A stretch of 64,000 nt of DNA from a virus, in the IMG/VR virus record IMGVR_UViG_3300023196_002944, positions 8,655 through 72,654 of that record. One strand, written 5' to 3'. How positions within the stretch are numbered: position 1 is the stretch's first letter; each line of letters opens with the position of its first letter. Positions 31,201-39,556 of the stretch are shown here, in pieces. Made by a program: the position numbers and the translations under genes. The notes beneath the pieces were generated by a model. That model did not search any database. It was not told where the DNA came from and saw only the letters and a program-made list of their open reading frames with translations.

Positions 31201-34200
31201 ATGCAGCAGAAGCGTCAGGACGGCACGATGGAAGACCGTGCGTGGACGTTCTCTCTCCGCACTCATCAGGGCACCGAACTGGCGTGGGTCTGGCATGAGA
31301 ATCGGCATCGCCTGTTCCAGCAGGTTTTCGATTCCATGATCGATCAGGCCAAGAGCTACGCCAAGAATAAACTCGACACGGCTGATGAAGCCCACTACCT
31401 GCAGACCACATTGCAGTTCTTGGCTCCTGCGAAGACCACGCTCAACTCCAAGGGCGAAGAGGTGCACACGCCCCCGCAGCCCATCGATCTGGGCGTTCGT
31501 GTGCTGGCTCAATACGGTCGTAGCTTTGATGGCGGTCAGCGACGTGGGATTGAATCGCCACAGCGTCATGTACTCAACCAAGAACGCTACCTTGCCAACG
31601 GCATCACCGCCCTACTGGATAACGGCTATGTGCTACTGAATGATCGCACGATGCCTGATGGCAAGGGCACAAAGCTTGTGCCACAAGTAGTAACCGACAA
31701 GATGGGCACGCGCTTCAGGGCTGACCTCATCGTTGGTTATGGCACTGGAATTCGTACCGCTCGTCGTCTGTCTGATGCGCTCAAGGCTGTGCAGAGAGAA
31801 TCCAAACTGCACGATGAAGCTGCGTGGATCGAACGCAGCATCGAACGCAGCATGGAACGTGTCGCCGGCCTGAAGGGCAAAGTTGCTCAGTACAAACGCA
31901 TCAAGGCGCGGGCAAAATCCATTGCGTCAGCCAAGCCAAAGCTGAAAACCGCTATGGATCGTCAGTTACGCAAGGCTGAGACGGCGATTACCAATGAGAT
32001 GGAAGCCGTGTTCACCATCCTTCACGACGAAGAGACGCCGTACAGTGCGGCACTCAAGGAAGGCATGGACAAGGTGACCATGGAGTTCCTTGAAACGGAT
32101 GACATGATCGCTCTGCGCAACGAAGCGATGCAACGATTGCAGGCGGCTCAGGCAGAGAACAAACGCGTCGATATTGGTGCCCAGCTAATTGAGAATCGTG
32201 TTGGGCAGGCGGAACTGCATTCAATCTATGAAGGCATCAAGACCAAACTAGAGACCTTAGCAGGAATCGTCGACGTCACAACGGATGAAGTGGCCAAGGC
32301 CACGCACGCTTACAACGAGTCGAACACCAAGGCGAATCTCGACAAGCTGATGAAGGCACGTGCCCATCAGGGGCTGGCCATCTTGCGGCAGATGCAGCAA
32401 GTGGACCCGGATACGATCACAGATGAGTTCATCGAACAGACTATCCAATCCGACGCGTTTCTTGGTACTACGCGGCTGTACGAATTCAAGCCAGAGACGA
32501 AGCGCCAGAAAGCAGAAGTGAAAGAACGCGTCATCGATATGCAACGTACGCGTTCTGCGGCCACACTCGCGCTGCATAAGTTCAGGGATGATGTTGGCAA
32601 TGCTCTGAAGAAGCGACTGATTGAACTCGACCATAAACTGGCTACGATGACTGGTGTTGCTAACGGCCTCGTCCAGTGGGCTTCGCAGAACGGTATCCTG
32701 ATCGAAGATTTGGAGGCCGAAGGGCAGATCACAGTTGACGATGACAAGAAGGTCAGTGCGGCATTCAAAGAACTTCAGAAACATGAAGCGCGAGTGCAGT
32801 CCCTGCAGGCTAAAGTCGATGGGATGAATGCCGTGGTTACCCCGCCTGCCAAACTCGCAGAAGCGAGTGCCCAGTTACGTGAGGCTCAGGAACATCGGGA
32901 AGCCGCCTTTGCAGACGCTACGGTGCAGCGCCGAGGCAAACGCGTTCTGGATATGCGTGCATTGGAGACAGCGTATGGCAAAGCAGCCGGTGCCTACACC
33001 ATAGCCAAGCGCAAGGCGTTATCTGAACTGCAGGTATATCTGGTAGAGAACGATATCGACACGGGCGTAGATGCTGAATCTACACTGATCAGCCAAATGT
33101 CGATTCCATATGAAATACAGCGCCTGCAGCGGATGCGGCGTGAGTACATACGCGTCACGCAGATAGATGCTTTCCGTCATGCAAGCATCCCCTTGCTGGA
33201 CCAAAAGATTGCTGGCATCACGACTCAACTTGAGTCCCTGTATCTATTGAACTCTATGCGAGTTTCGGAGATTCGCAATCTGATGCCCTTAAATCGGGTA
33301 CTGCGTTCCCGGTTGGCTTCGTTAAAGCGTGAAGGGGCTCCGTTCTGGAATGGGCAGATGGCTATCGACGAAGAAGCCGAAGCTGTCGCCGCGCTGCATG
33401 AAGAAGTTGCTGAACATGAGCAGTACGGCATGGATGTCGTCGATCATAATTTGGCGCAGACAGAAACCGAAGCGGGCATGACCTTCAGCACAGATGTCGC
33501 GCTCGACCCTGACACCGGGAACCCTCTGGCGATTCAGCGATTCCGTGAGCCACGCCAGCTAGGTTCCTTGGCTTTCGAGAATGGGTTCCTGCCTGAGAAC
33601 ACCACGAAGGGTAAGGGGGCACGGAAGACAGTCACGAATCCCATGCTGGAAACAATCCAAGCCATCTATCGCGTGAGTGGTCTGGACCGGTTCGGCATCG
33701 ACTTCAACTTTGGGTTCAATGAGAAGGAAGGCATGCCCAGTCAGGTTACGATCTGGACAGAGCCGGGAATGCGAGAGCATAAGCGCAAGATCGAAGTCAC
33801 GATCAGAATCGACCCGGCGCTGAAAGATAACCCCGAGGCGATGATCCGTGATATCGCCCATGAAATGGCCCACGTCACCAAGGACGCGCTACTGGGAGTC
33901 GAGGAATCGAAGAACTCCGTAGTGTGGAAGAAGTTGATGAAGGGCTACAAGCAGTACGCGGCTGACTGGAAGGGAGAGGGTCCAGCCCCAATCTTTGAAG
34001 AGTGGTTTGCTGATCGCTTTGCTGCATGGCTGGTGGATTCGACGATGCGGGGACGTAAGTCCACCATCAAGAATGATCCGAAGACCGTTGTTGGCAAGTT
34101 CATGCGGCGGCTGGGTGACACGATCAAATCCATACTCAAGATATCCAACCCGAAGAAATCCGAAGAGGATGTGGTCTACGAATTTCTCGACATGCTGGCC

Positions 34201-36537
34201 GTGATCACGACCCGCGACACCATGCCTGACAAAATCTATGACGAATTCCGCAACCAGAACGAAATGTTCGATGAGGTATACAACCGACTGCGTGGACGGA
34301 TGGGCCAATTCCAAGAGGGGCAGGTGTCTTACTTTGCAGATGGCGGGCGTAGCGGCCCAGTCGTAGGTCGCGTGGACGAAGTGACGGCGCGGAGTCGTGT
34401 CTTCGCCATGGCATTCAGTGGAGCCAAGAACGTATGGAAGGATACGCGAGGATTCATTGCTGAGATTTATGACCGCTACATTCGGTGGGCGAACCGCTCA
34501 CTGTGGTTGCAGAAGAACTCAGATGGCAAGATCATCAAGGCCATTCGCGCTTTCGGGTTGCAGTGGTCTGATATGCCCGGCCACGCCCGTGGTGATCGTC
34601 ACCCAGTGACGGGGGAGTGGCATGACAACGTAGTCTTCATCACCCGTGCTGATGGCCGAGTGGAGACAGTCAAGATCGGTGATGAAACAATCAAGCATTC
34701 CATTGACCGGGAACGCGGCCAGTGGGTCGAGCTTAAACTGACAAAGTTGTTAGAAGAGCATGGCAATACCGAACAGCACGATCAGGTGCTGAAGTATCTG
34801 CAGTCTGAGACGCCACTAAGCAGCATTCGCAATGCTGAAGTACGTGCACATGTCTCAGCGTTCCGTGATTATCTGGATTCCTTTTACGACGACTACATCG
34901 GTGCGATGTACGAAAGCCGTCAGGGCAGCGGTGCCCCGGTGGAGTATGGCATCAAACGGTGGAATGCGAATTACTTCCCTCGCGTCCTCGACCCCCAGAT
35001 TCTGATGGAGAACAGGGATGAATTCATCACCGACGTAGTGACAAAACTCGGGTTCACACGTCAGGGAGCCGAGGAATTGTGGCAGTCGTACATGGGCAAC
35101 GACAATGTTGACGCGTGGTTCGATCCTGACCGCACCTTTGCTCCGGGCAACCCCCAAGGCAAGAGTCGTCAGCAGCAGTTGGCCGACGCCGCACCGGTGC
35201 TGGAGAAGTACATGGCGAAGAGCATGACCCACGTCATGCAGAGCTACATGCACGCCATGATCAAACGGGTTGAGTACGAGCGCCGGTATGGTGGCGTGGC
35301 CATGACTGAAGCAGGCACGCCGTACTGGGATCACGATGTAGGGTTCCAACGCTTGATGCGGCTGGCGAATGAAGAGGGCGCGTCGGCCGCGCAGTTAAAA
35401 TGGTGGTCTGAAGTGAAGGAAGGTTACCTTGGCCGTTTGGGTCAGGATATCCCGCCTGCGCTGCGCCGGTTCTACTCCCTGACGCAGACGTTTCTGAACT
35501 TCCTGTTGCTGCCGTTCGCCACGCTGTCATCGTTCGTCGATCTTGCCAATGTGATCGTGCGGTCCAACGGTTCGGTGACCTTCAGCCTTACTCACCTTCG
35601 TGATGCTTTCAAGGCCGTGCGTGAGAAAGGCGACAACGAGCTATGGAAGCTGGCCCAGACTCATGGTTTGGTGGTCGACAATGTCATGCATTCAGTGCTG
35701 GCTGAACGATTTGATACGGGGTATATGACCCCTATCTACCAGAAAATGAACGAGAAATTCTTCCGCTGGATCGGATTGCACCAGTGGACGGCCGCGATGC
35801 GCATGTATTCGTGGCAGATGGGCAAGGATTTTCTCCATAAACACGCTACAAACCGTACGGAGTATGGCGATAGCTACCTTACAGAACTGAATCTCAAGGC
35901 CGAGGATGTCCTGAACTGGTTCCATGAAGGCCAGAAGACGTGGCAGGTGACTCCGGGGGCTGAGAACGATGCTCTGGCCCGCAAAGTGACTATTGCCCTG
36001 AATCGGTTCGTCTCGGAGTCCATATTTCGCCCTGACGCCTCTCAGCGGCCGAAGTGGGCCTCTGACCCACACTGGATGCTTGTATGGCACCTGAAGCAGT
36101 TTGGCTACTCATTCTGGGCCAATCTGGTGCATCGGTTGATCGATGTAGCCAAGACGAGGCCCGGAACGCTGGCTAAAATGGCCGCATTCCTACCTTTGCT
36201 GGCCGTTCTGCCGTTTGCCATGGTAGGCATGGAGTTGCGGAATATAATCCAGTACGGAGCATCTGACGAGACCCCTTACAACCATCAGAGGGGAGCGGCT
36301 GGGTACATGGCCGAGCTAGTAGAGCGGTCAGGCGCTCTGGGGCCAATGCAGTTCCTCTGGGATGCCATGGAGTCACAGGAGCGAGGTAAGCTCTTCATCC
36401 TGTCTTTGCTTGGGCCTGCCGCGACAATGACAGAAACAGCACTCACCAAGGAACTCAGCACGGTTATCCCTCGCTTCACACCGGGGATTTCGGTGATGCC
36501 TCCCTTGCGGCACTGGCTGACAGAGCAGGTGCAATAA
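25207..36537 (+). CDS. Giant (3776 aa) putative ejection/polyvalent protein with SNase-like, SLOG-like and two HExxH metallopeptidase-like domains
   Basis: Last gene of the virion module, RBS gagg. Motifs: IDADTI...RLFGVGASE...GR...NLNARLIEEGLA; SGGAIGSD...RRN...GGTG...KPV; AHEFGH...EWYAD; AHEMAH...EEWFAD; Gly/Ala hydrophobic helices at about aa 150-460. Confidence 0.8.
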   Translation: MANDRRFSATNALTPRTIDADTIDLRGRRHRLFGVGASEMSTASGREATRRASEFLSRPGVTTRTHGTGYFGRALSEAIGPDGENLNARLIEEGLAISRDYTGVGNIYPDATAKSRREGEVPSRAAQFLEARAAQRGDVATKFDEKYVPPEATVTQALGVGVRSGVDSLQAGAYGMASALASIISPPADQQPSDDSAIERFGRRKRNDFENGFIRNSIEASQVHVAQSLKELTEGEDTTFGDWARWAAFNVGVGAPSLVAMAATSGTGFAAGAGLRALSLGVARSLTKKGMSRATAKQMSKGIMTNLPKYGARMGAMMGSGVPQGGQIYETVKNDYGVDSVGTALTTAVITGGLDVVGLEYVLRGLLPDPKKYLSESIAVNLAKMMAGSSARGILAEAPVEALQEVTALVAEGIHDPDELIMEKLTSEEGRWRILEAAAAGAVFGGVFGGSGGVMSYGLQGLPTKQKKAKTPAPDAPPPDAPPPAIEPPDAPPPAGAPPAGAPPAGAPPIGIVSPGEGPPPDDGVPPIGVDPRNPTAPPIGLTPTEEGRPAPETVEVSERATDVEGKHTFSKPREAMEFAKNVKKLYPAAQVKQTRLEVEVKFPIDEAPTDTGVDPRAAKPTEAPTTTSPVAETPAPEAPKTEAPVAAPVEFNEGDKKRGHKTKQEDHEVALADGSRHVVKGRTVVPPEGFEDVRLIVHKIVGGKEWKVTELETGYGIGGTSATMKEAVANAKKKLKDVGRTEFDLAFARTQEKIAGKEAPKTEAPKTEAPKVPRTPEEFKAQQEQRRVESQERAEKEIAEVEAAGGKARKSKGGDKRGIMEFADRDKFVAYLKGKGREDFIIENILRGQSGPFTHLMEYAQTEHFTAKPAAKPAAKPAAKPAAKPAAKSEVKFLSNEDKDALIAVEGVVSKLPQVLRSRIVNVVAKSLGIGAINEGQVIEWANRTYGTNFNIEAKPSDVKKPAAKSEPHEADPGVNPRARPAKAPVTTAPRRAPSNQGAKGRAARKRRNEAARQTAPATSQEAAPLHKVAPASVAAGTPGIAYSGGAIGSDSVWSAALADKDVPTVHMSFAGHSINKNARGQRVELTPEQLTEADAAYRRARGRLNRSGKPSTDFATNLQRRNYFQVRDADAVYAVGELIIDKRGAVSGGTGYAVEYAVQMDKPVFLFDQKQNRWFSITKGAQNNVVKPAEVTRLEGDTVALIGTRKISKQAKEVIYTLVDNTYSVDRGNAPGPTDAMADGVAPEDAGVGPIQKDTPAVIAVMNRLNSLFGKVELSDGAYGKGLIAAVSKHLLTDAANAKGILTVVEEYTQNFVTDHIFDSPKALIGVPLIGLDAQFFSSQFATWNRSNTFEKLNKAFPMNRNRMVSINTRPEYSLHESSDLRYRDTYVFELRKPDAREFRLTKLARSWANMLGLKRYAKQITVTLRDPEDSRDDAYLWGIYGMAYTNEAIIYINPTLLDPAVLKDNAALKGVLAHEFGHLVHRAVIDGMLETAEGDYFTLLKEMRQSYRTFAGLKRGSGVVTDGLTDRANKLMDEFNGLQSALVAGTLNDAEFAAALKQLTPFIDTVSQQRGFVASQEVVDTLRVERGQTLARTPAMTSFILAVQNGDPITDAMRESALSDAQDTVKNFISSYIISQPEWYADQIGAWLNTKEEPKTVLERFFAGLAAAIKKLFGQAPQTSADFAGKPPVNSVQKFMDSLLATSRPIKSKPKKHVFNQQAEAVLDAIIEEIERDPVAKIAVTTVLEGDVTRIGPKRSIEWLRNRLKLIFDGTNAEIENAIWGAFYIVSMGDMYNELTRNDPQTDWVPGEDLIVADDDGGKGSPWRTGFVSVINNIRGKHGQVAGIDVGFSLKSIFPSGYDNKGMGALVNNPRRLRSVVGGMLPTGYYNALSVALEQARLKIQAAPEYNAQAERIYKSFLINKRGLQRDSENPNIIHVPVSPMLFDALDTKHKAKIDQFIAEQQQWAKDNNVETAMTRESLMDPQGLNQLFLTYNPDMQQKRQDGTMEDRAWTFSLRTHQGTELAWVWHENRHRLFQQVFDSMIDQAKSYAKNKLDTADEAHYLQTTLQFLAPAKTTLNSKGEEVHTPPQPIDLGVRVLAQYGRSFDGGQRRGIESPQRHVLNQERYLANGITALLDNGYVLLNDRTMPDGKGTKLVPQVVTDKMGTRFRADLIVGYGTGIRTARRLSDALKAVQRESKLHDEAAWIERSIERSMERVAGLKGKVAQYKRIKARAKSIASAKPKLKTAMDRQLRKAETAITNEMEAVFTILHDEETPYSAALKEGMDKVTMEFLETDDMIALRNEAMQRLQAAQAENKRVDIGAQLIENRVGQAELHSIYEGIKTKLETLAGIVDVTTDEVAKATHAYNESNTKANLDKLMKARAHQGLAILRQMQQVDPDTITDEFIEQTIQSDAFLGTTRLYEFKPETKRQKAEVKERVIDMQRTRSAATLALHKFRDDVGNALKKRLIELDHKLATMTGVANGLVQWASQNGILIEDLEAEGQITVDDDKKVSAAFKELQKHEARVQSLQAKVDGMNAVVTPPAKLAEASAQLREAQEHREAAFADATVQRRGKRVLDMRALETAYGKAAGAYTIAKRKALSELQVYLVENDIDTGVDAESTLISQMSIPYEIQRLQRMRREYIRVTQIDAFRHASIPLLDQKIAGITTQLESLYLLNSMRVSEIRNLMPLNRVLRSRLASLKREGAPFWNGQMAIDEEAEAVAALHEEVAEHEQYGMDVVDHNLAQTETEAGMTFSTDVALDPDTGNPLAIQRFREPRQLGSLAFENGFLPENTTKGKGARKTVTNPMLETIQAIYRVSGLDRFGIDFNFGFNEKEGMPSQVTIWTEPGMREHKRKIEVTIRIDPALKDNPEAMIRDIAHEMAHVTKDALLGVEESKNSVVWKKLMKGYKQYAADWKGEGPAPIFEEWFADRFAAWLVDSTMRGRKSTIKNDPKTVVGKFMRRLGDTIKSILKISNPKKSEEDVVYEFLDMLAVITTRDTMPDKIYDEFRNQNEMFDEVYNRLRGRMGQFQEGQVSYFADGGRSGPVVGRVDEVTARSRVFAMAFSGAKNVWKDTRGFIAEIYDRYIRWANRSLWLQKNSDGKIIKAIRAFGLQWSDMPGHARGDRHPVTGEWHDNVVFITRADGRVETVKIGDETIKHSIDRERGQWVELKLTKLLEEHGNTEQHDQVLKYLQSETPLSSIRNAEVRAHVSAFRDYLDSFYDDYIGAMYESRQGSGAPVEYGIKRWNANYFPRVLDPQILMENRDEFITDVVTKLGFTRQGAEELWQSYMGNDNVDAWFDPDRTFAPGNPQGKSRQQQLADAAPVLEKYMAKSMTHVMQSYMHAMIKRVEYERRYGGVAMTEAGTPYWDHDVGFQRLMRLANEEGASAAQLKWWSEVKEGYLGRLGQDIPPALRRFYSLTQTFLNFLLLPFATLSSFVDLANVIVRSNGSVTFSLTHLRDAFKAVREKGDNELWKLAQTHGLVVDNVMHSVLAERFDTGYMTPIYQKMNEKFFRWIGLHQWTAAMRMYSWQMGKDFLHKHATNRTEYGDSYLTELNLKAEDVLNWFHEGQKTWQVTPGAENDALARKVTIALNRFVSESIFRPDASQRPKWASDPHWMLVWHLKQFGYSFWANLVHRLIDVAKTRPGTLAKMAAFLPLLAVLPFAMVGMELRNIIQYGASDETPYNHQRGAAGYMAELVERSGALGPMQFLWDAMESQERGKLFILSLLGPAATMTETALTKELSTVIPRFTPGISVMPPLRHWLTEQVQ
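26629..26733 (+). repeat. Pro-rich coding repeats (DAPPP / AGAPP, 15-nt units)
   Basis: gatgccccgccgcct three times and gctggtgcgccgcc three times. Confidence 0.85.
27481..27522 (+). repeat. 15-bp tandem repeat (EAPKT)
   Basis: gaagctccgaagacc twice plus a partial third copy. Confidence 0.85.
27808..27873 (+). repeat. Perfect 12-bp tandem repeat (AKPA x5.5)
   Basis: gcgaagcctgct five times plus gcgaag. Confidence 0.92.
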
Positions 36538-36568
36538 AAAACGGGCTAGTGCGGTAGCACCAGCCCGT
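36535..36568 (-). terminator. Intrinsic terminator at the convergence of the structural and replication modules
   Basis: Minus strand reads acgggctggtgc-tacc-gcactagcccgt followed by a T-run; the single non-WC pair is G-U on the minus strand. Confidence 0.8.
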
Positions 36569-36602
36569 CAAAACCACCGAAGAGGACACCCACCCATAGA
36601 TG

Positions 36603-37115
36603 TCAGCGTTTATGGTACCAGTGCTTCCCGCGAATTCCAAGTAAGGACTCCAGCACCCTTCGAACGGACATGGCCAGCATGGTGTAGCCCATCATTTCGA
36701 TGAGTGAAATCACAAAGACGATGCTGCGGCGCACCAGTTCATCTTCGTCACCGCTGTTCTCTCGTATGATGTCGGCATATTGCCGATGCATTTTGAGCGG
36801 GGAACGGTAGTGGTCCCGCCAGTCATCTCCGAAGATTCTGGCCCATTCAGTCTCTACCAGATCAGCCGCGCCGACATTCAGCATCTTCATTAGTGAACTG
36901 AACGGTATTTCCGTTAAGGGGACGATGGGTGTGTTATCACAGGTCAAGGCTCCCAGCCGCATGATCGGTTCGGATTTAGGCCTGAAATCGCAGGTAATGC
37001 TCACGAAGGGCATACCCCCCGTGGTATCTACAGCCCGAGGGTCGCCCCATTTTCCATCAAAGAGTATCAGTTGCCGAATCTTCGGCCCCGGCTTTCTTCG
37101 GCTGCTGTTTTTCAT
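36603..37115 (-). CDS. Hypothetical protein
   Basis: 170-aa ORF, last gene of the leftward block. Confidence 0.6.
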   Translation of the reverse strand: MKNSSRRKPGPKIRQLILFDGKWGDPRAVDTTGGMPFVSITCDFRPKSEPIMRLGALTCDNTPIVPLTEIPFSSLMKMLNVGAADLVETEWARIFGDDWRDHYRSPLKMHRQYADIIRENSGDEDELVRRSIVFVISLIEMMGYTMLAMSVRRVLESLLGIRGKHWYHKR

Positions 37116-37272
37116 TAGTTTTCCCTAATGACAGGACGGTGTAGTCAGATTCCGAGAGCCCTCGGTGCATGGTGTTGATCACGCCTTTGATTAGTGCAGC
37201 AGCGTGCTTCATGTCCCGTGCCGGAAAAGAAATTCTCCGCTTGAGGGTGTATGTCAGTTCAAATTCAGCCAT
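37057..37272 (-). CDS. Hypothetical protein
   Basis: 71 aa, RBS gggag. Confidence 0.55.
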   Translation of the reverse strand: MAEFELTYTLKRRISFPARDMKHAAALIKGVINTMHRGLSESDYTVLSLGKTNEKQQPKKAGAEDSATDTL

Positions 37273-37329
37273 GGCTTGTACTCCCCGAGCCCCACTTAGG
37301 TTTTAGCCTCAAATAAAAAAATAATCAAC

Positions 37330-37587
37330 TCAGATAGAAACCATAAGTTCGATAGAGTCTCCTTTTTCTACAGGTGTAACAATGCCATTACCATTTTGGA
37401 TGGTAGCGGGGTTGCCGTTGTGTAGGTTAACAGCGCAGTAGATATCAGTAGCGCTAGCGGTTCTTGAAGGCGTACGAATATAAAAAAATCCTTCGTAGAT
37501 GAAGATGTCACCAACTGGAAGGGCACCGGCGGGTTTACCGATAATACTTGGATGGGGGTTTAGTGTGACTCGGTTGTTGTTGCTCAT
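37330..37587 (-). CDS. Hypothetical protein
   Basis: 85 aa, TAATG coupling. Confidence 0.6.
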   Translation of the reverse strand: MSNNNRVTLNPHPSIIGKPAGALPVGDIFIYEGFFYIRTPSRTASATDIYCAVNLHNGNPATIQNGNGIVTPVEKGDSIELMVSI

Positions 37588-37883
37588 TATGAATCCTTTA
37601 TCTTGTAGTTGCCGTCTCCTACAGTTTGGTTAAGTAGGAATACCCAGCGTTGGCGGATAGGGTCGAGTTCATTGTGCAATGCTTCGCTGTACATTTTGGC
37701 AGCGAGGTCTTGTCGTTGAAGGATTTGTCGGCCAGTGCGCATTTGGTCGATGGTGATGGTTTGCTCATAGTATGATAAGAAAGTGTCTTTGAGCGGTGCA
37801 GGTACCATGAGTGAGCCGTAACGGACGAAGGCTGGAGCCGTAGCAGCGGCAATCATACCTTTGAGGAAGTTACGGCGTTTCAT
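37587..37883 (-). CDS. Small protein with a twin-arginine (Tat-like) N-terminus
   Basis: MKRRNFLKGMIAAATAPAFVR matches the RRxFLK consensus. Confidence 0.65.
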   Translation of the reverse strand: MKRRNFLKGMIAAATAPAFVRYGSLMVPAPLKDTFLSYYEQTITIDQMRTGRQILQRQDLAAKMYSEALHNELDPIRQRWVFLLNQTVGDGNYKIKDS

Positions 37884-38160
37884 GATGTTTTATCCATGCT
37901 TTGTAGGCTTCGGGTGATCCGTGACTGCCGGGCGGGGCGCAGTTGTAAATGTATTTGATGTATTCCAATAGACAGTATTGGTTGGTGCTGTCAGCGTGGC
38001 TGGCAGCATCGTAGTAGTTGTTGCTAATTATCAAACGTAAGAAATCTCCCGCTTCAGCGTGGTTGATGAAGTAGTTAGTCATACCTTCCCACATGTGAAG
38101 AGGGATATGATATTTCAGGCATGCGTCACGACATTCTTGGGTGGTGGTTGGGCAAGGCAT
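37870..38160 (-). CDS. Conserved phage hypothetical protein
   Basis: IPLHM...GDFL...N...AD..N...P.GSHGS pattern recognised from phage early genes. Confidence 0.65.
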   Translation of the reverse strand: MPCPTTTQECRDACLKYHIPLHMWEGMTNYFINHAEAGDFLRLIISNNYYDAASHADSTNQYCLLEYIKYIYNCAPPGSHGSPEAYKAWIKHHETP

Positions 38161-38408
38161 TATTTTTTCTCCTTGTCTGCGAAGTATAGGTCCATCTGAC
38201 GATCTTTCTCTGCTTCGTAGAGATAGTCGCCATATCCGTCGTCACCTTCGTCTGGGTCAGGTGCGTATTCATCGCATTCTTGGCATTGCCAGCCGCCGGG
38301 CTCTTCGGGGGTTTCACGAGTCTGTGGGTAAGGGGAGTCATAGTAAAATTCTGTGGTCTTACCACAGTGTTCACAATGAATTTGTCTGAGGTCACCGGTT
38401 TTTGGCAT
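38160..38408 (-). CDS. Small zinc-ribbon-like acidic protein
   Basis: CEHC...CQEC; start MPKTGDL with RBS ggag. Confidence 0.6.
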   Translation of the reverse strand: MPKTGDLRQIHCEHCGKTTEFYYDSPYPQTRETPEEPGGWQCQECDEYAPDPDEGDDGYGDYLYEAEKDRQMDLYFADKEKK

Positions 38409-38577
38409 CAGATTTGTCTCCGAAGAATTGTGCATGGCGGGTGCGAATGGCGTTACCAAGGATTGAGTAGTAACTGTCAGTCAGGTACTCGGGCATTTCC
38501 ATGATGTAGTCGAGAAGTTCAGATGCTGGCATTCTCATGATCCGTTCGACTTCAAGGTCGTTGGGTGATTTGGCCAT
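38392..38577 (-). CDS. Hypothetical protein
   Basis: 61 aa, in the operon. Confidence 0.55.
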   Translation of the reverse strand: MAKSPNDLEVERIMRMPASELLDYIMEMPEYLTDSYYSILGNAIRTRHAQFFGDKSDAKNR

Positions 38578-38578
38578 G

Positions 38579-39484
38579 TCAGGTTCCTGTCATCGGTAAA
38601 GGATCAACTACACGGTAGATTTTACCGCGATAGTCTTTCTCTAGTGCGCCGATCCATGTGGGTTTGATCCAGATGCGCTGGCCATATTTTGGATGGTTGC
38701 GGAAACGTGGGTGGTCGAGACGACGCCAGTGTCCGCGTCGATCATGGCCGCGAGGGGAGGCGTGGTGTCCACCTTGAGATTCATGGGGTTTACTGGGCAT
38801 GCGATTCAACGCGAGGATGACGGTGTAGTCATCATCTTTCCACGGTTTGTGTTTGATTTCTTTTGCAGTATGAAGATGACGGGGTTTATTTTTTGCTTCT
38901 ATGAAGTAATGATCGCTTGTTTGGACCCATTGGTTCCATAAATAAATAGTATTAAACAAAGAGACGATGACTCCGGTCATATAGGGCTGGCGTTCTTCAG
39001 GGCATAAAGAGTAGACTATATAAGGTTGAGGATCGGTATAGCCTGATTGTTCTTCACGCCCGAGATTAAAGAAAGTAGTTTCGCGTATAGTATTATCTAC
39101 TTCAGTGATAAGAGCAGCACGTGTAATTATTTCTTCACCGTTAGGGTCCATAAGATGACTAGGTTCAACAGATAAAAATAAAGCGGCGTGGTTGTGAACA
39201 CCTTTTAGGTTTTTGGCGAAGTTAGAATCAGCAGAGTATTTTTTAGAAATTCTTTCGAGTTGGTTGAGGCTTAACTGAATAGTATAAATAGCGCGCCGAA
39301 AAGGTAGCCATTCTAGGTTCCAAAAAGCGCAGCTAATTTTTTCTTCAATAGATACGGGTCGAGGACTTGCTATGTCATTATATTGGTCAGGGGGGATTAA
39401 TACGAGCGGACGTTGTCTCCAGTCATCTGCCAGTTCTGGTGACATAGCGTGTAGGTGTCGGATGATGTGCTTATCAATGCGCAT
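38579..39484 (-). CDS. Phage protein with a C-terminal HASPRxHxRRGHWR motif
   Basis: GGHHASPRGHDRRGHWRRL...IWIKPTWIG, a recurrent phage domain of unknown function. Confidence 0.65.
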   Translation of the reverse strand: MRIDKHIIRHLHAMSPELADDWRQRPLVLIPPDQYNDIASPRPVSIEEKISCAFWNLEWLPFRRAIYTIQLSLNQLERISKKYSADSNFAKNLKGVHNHAALFLSVEPSHLMDPNGEEIITRAALITEVDNTIRETTFFNLGREEQSGYTDPQPYIVYSLCPEERQPYMTGVIVSLFNTIYLWNQWVQTSDHYFIEAKNKPRHLHTAKEIKHKPWKDDDYTVILALNRMPSKPHESQGGHHASPRGHDRRGHWRRLDHPRFRNHPKYGQRIWIKPTWIGALEKDYRGKIYRVVDPLPMTGT

Positions 39485-39487
39485 GGG

Positions 39488-39556
39488 CTATCCTATTTTT
39501 CTGGCTATGAGGGCGAGGATAATAATAATGACAAGGATGAAAAATATGTTATCCAT
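39488..39556 (-). CDS. 22-aa single-TM micropeptide (not in the ORF track)
   Basis: MDNIFFILVIIIILALIARKIG*; TAATG-coupled to the upstream stop and fills the gap exactly. Confidence 0.6.
   Translation of the reverse strand: MDNIFFILVIIIILALIARKIG

Noticed and set aside
31282-31310. Third HExxH (WHENRH) in the giant protein
   Set aside because: It lacks the usual hydrophobic helix context and downstream ExxA motif seen for the other two; probably chance.
25207-36537. Giant protein as an N4-like or crAss-like virion RNA polymerase
   Set aside because: Size and position fit, and an IFDG occurs, but I find no correctly spaced RxxxKxxxxxxxYG, no motif A and no DxDGD. Not supportable without structure prediction.
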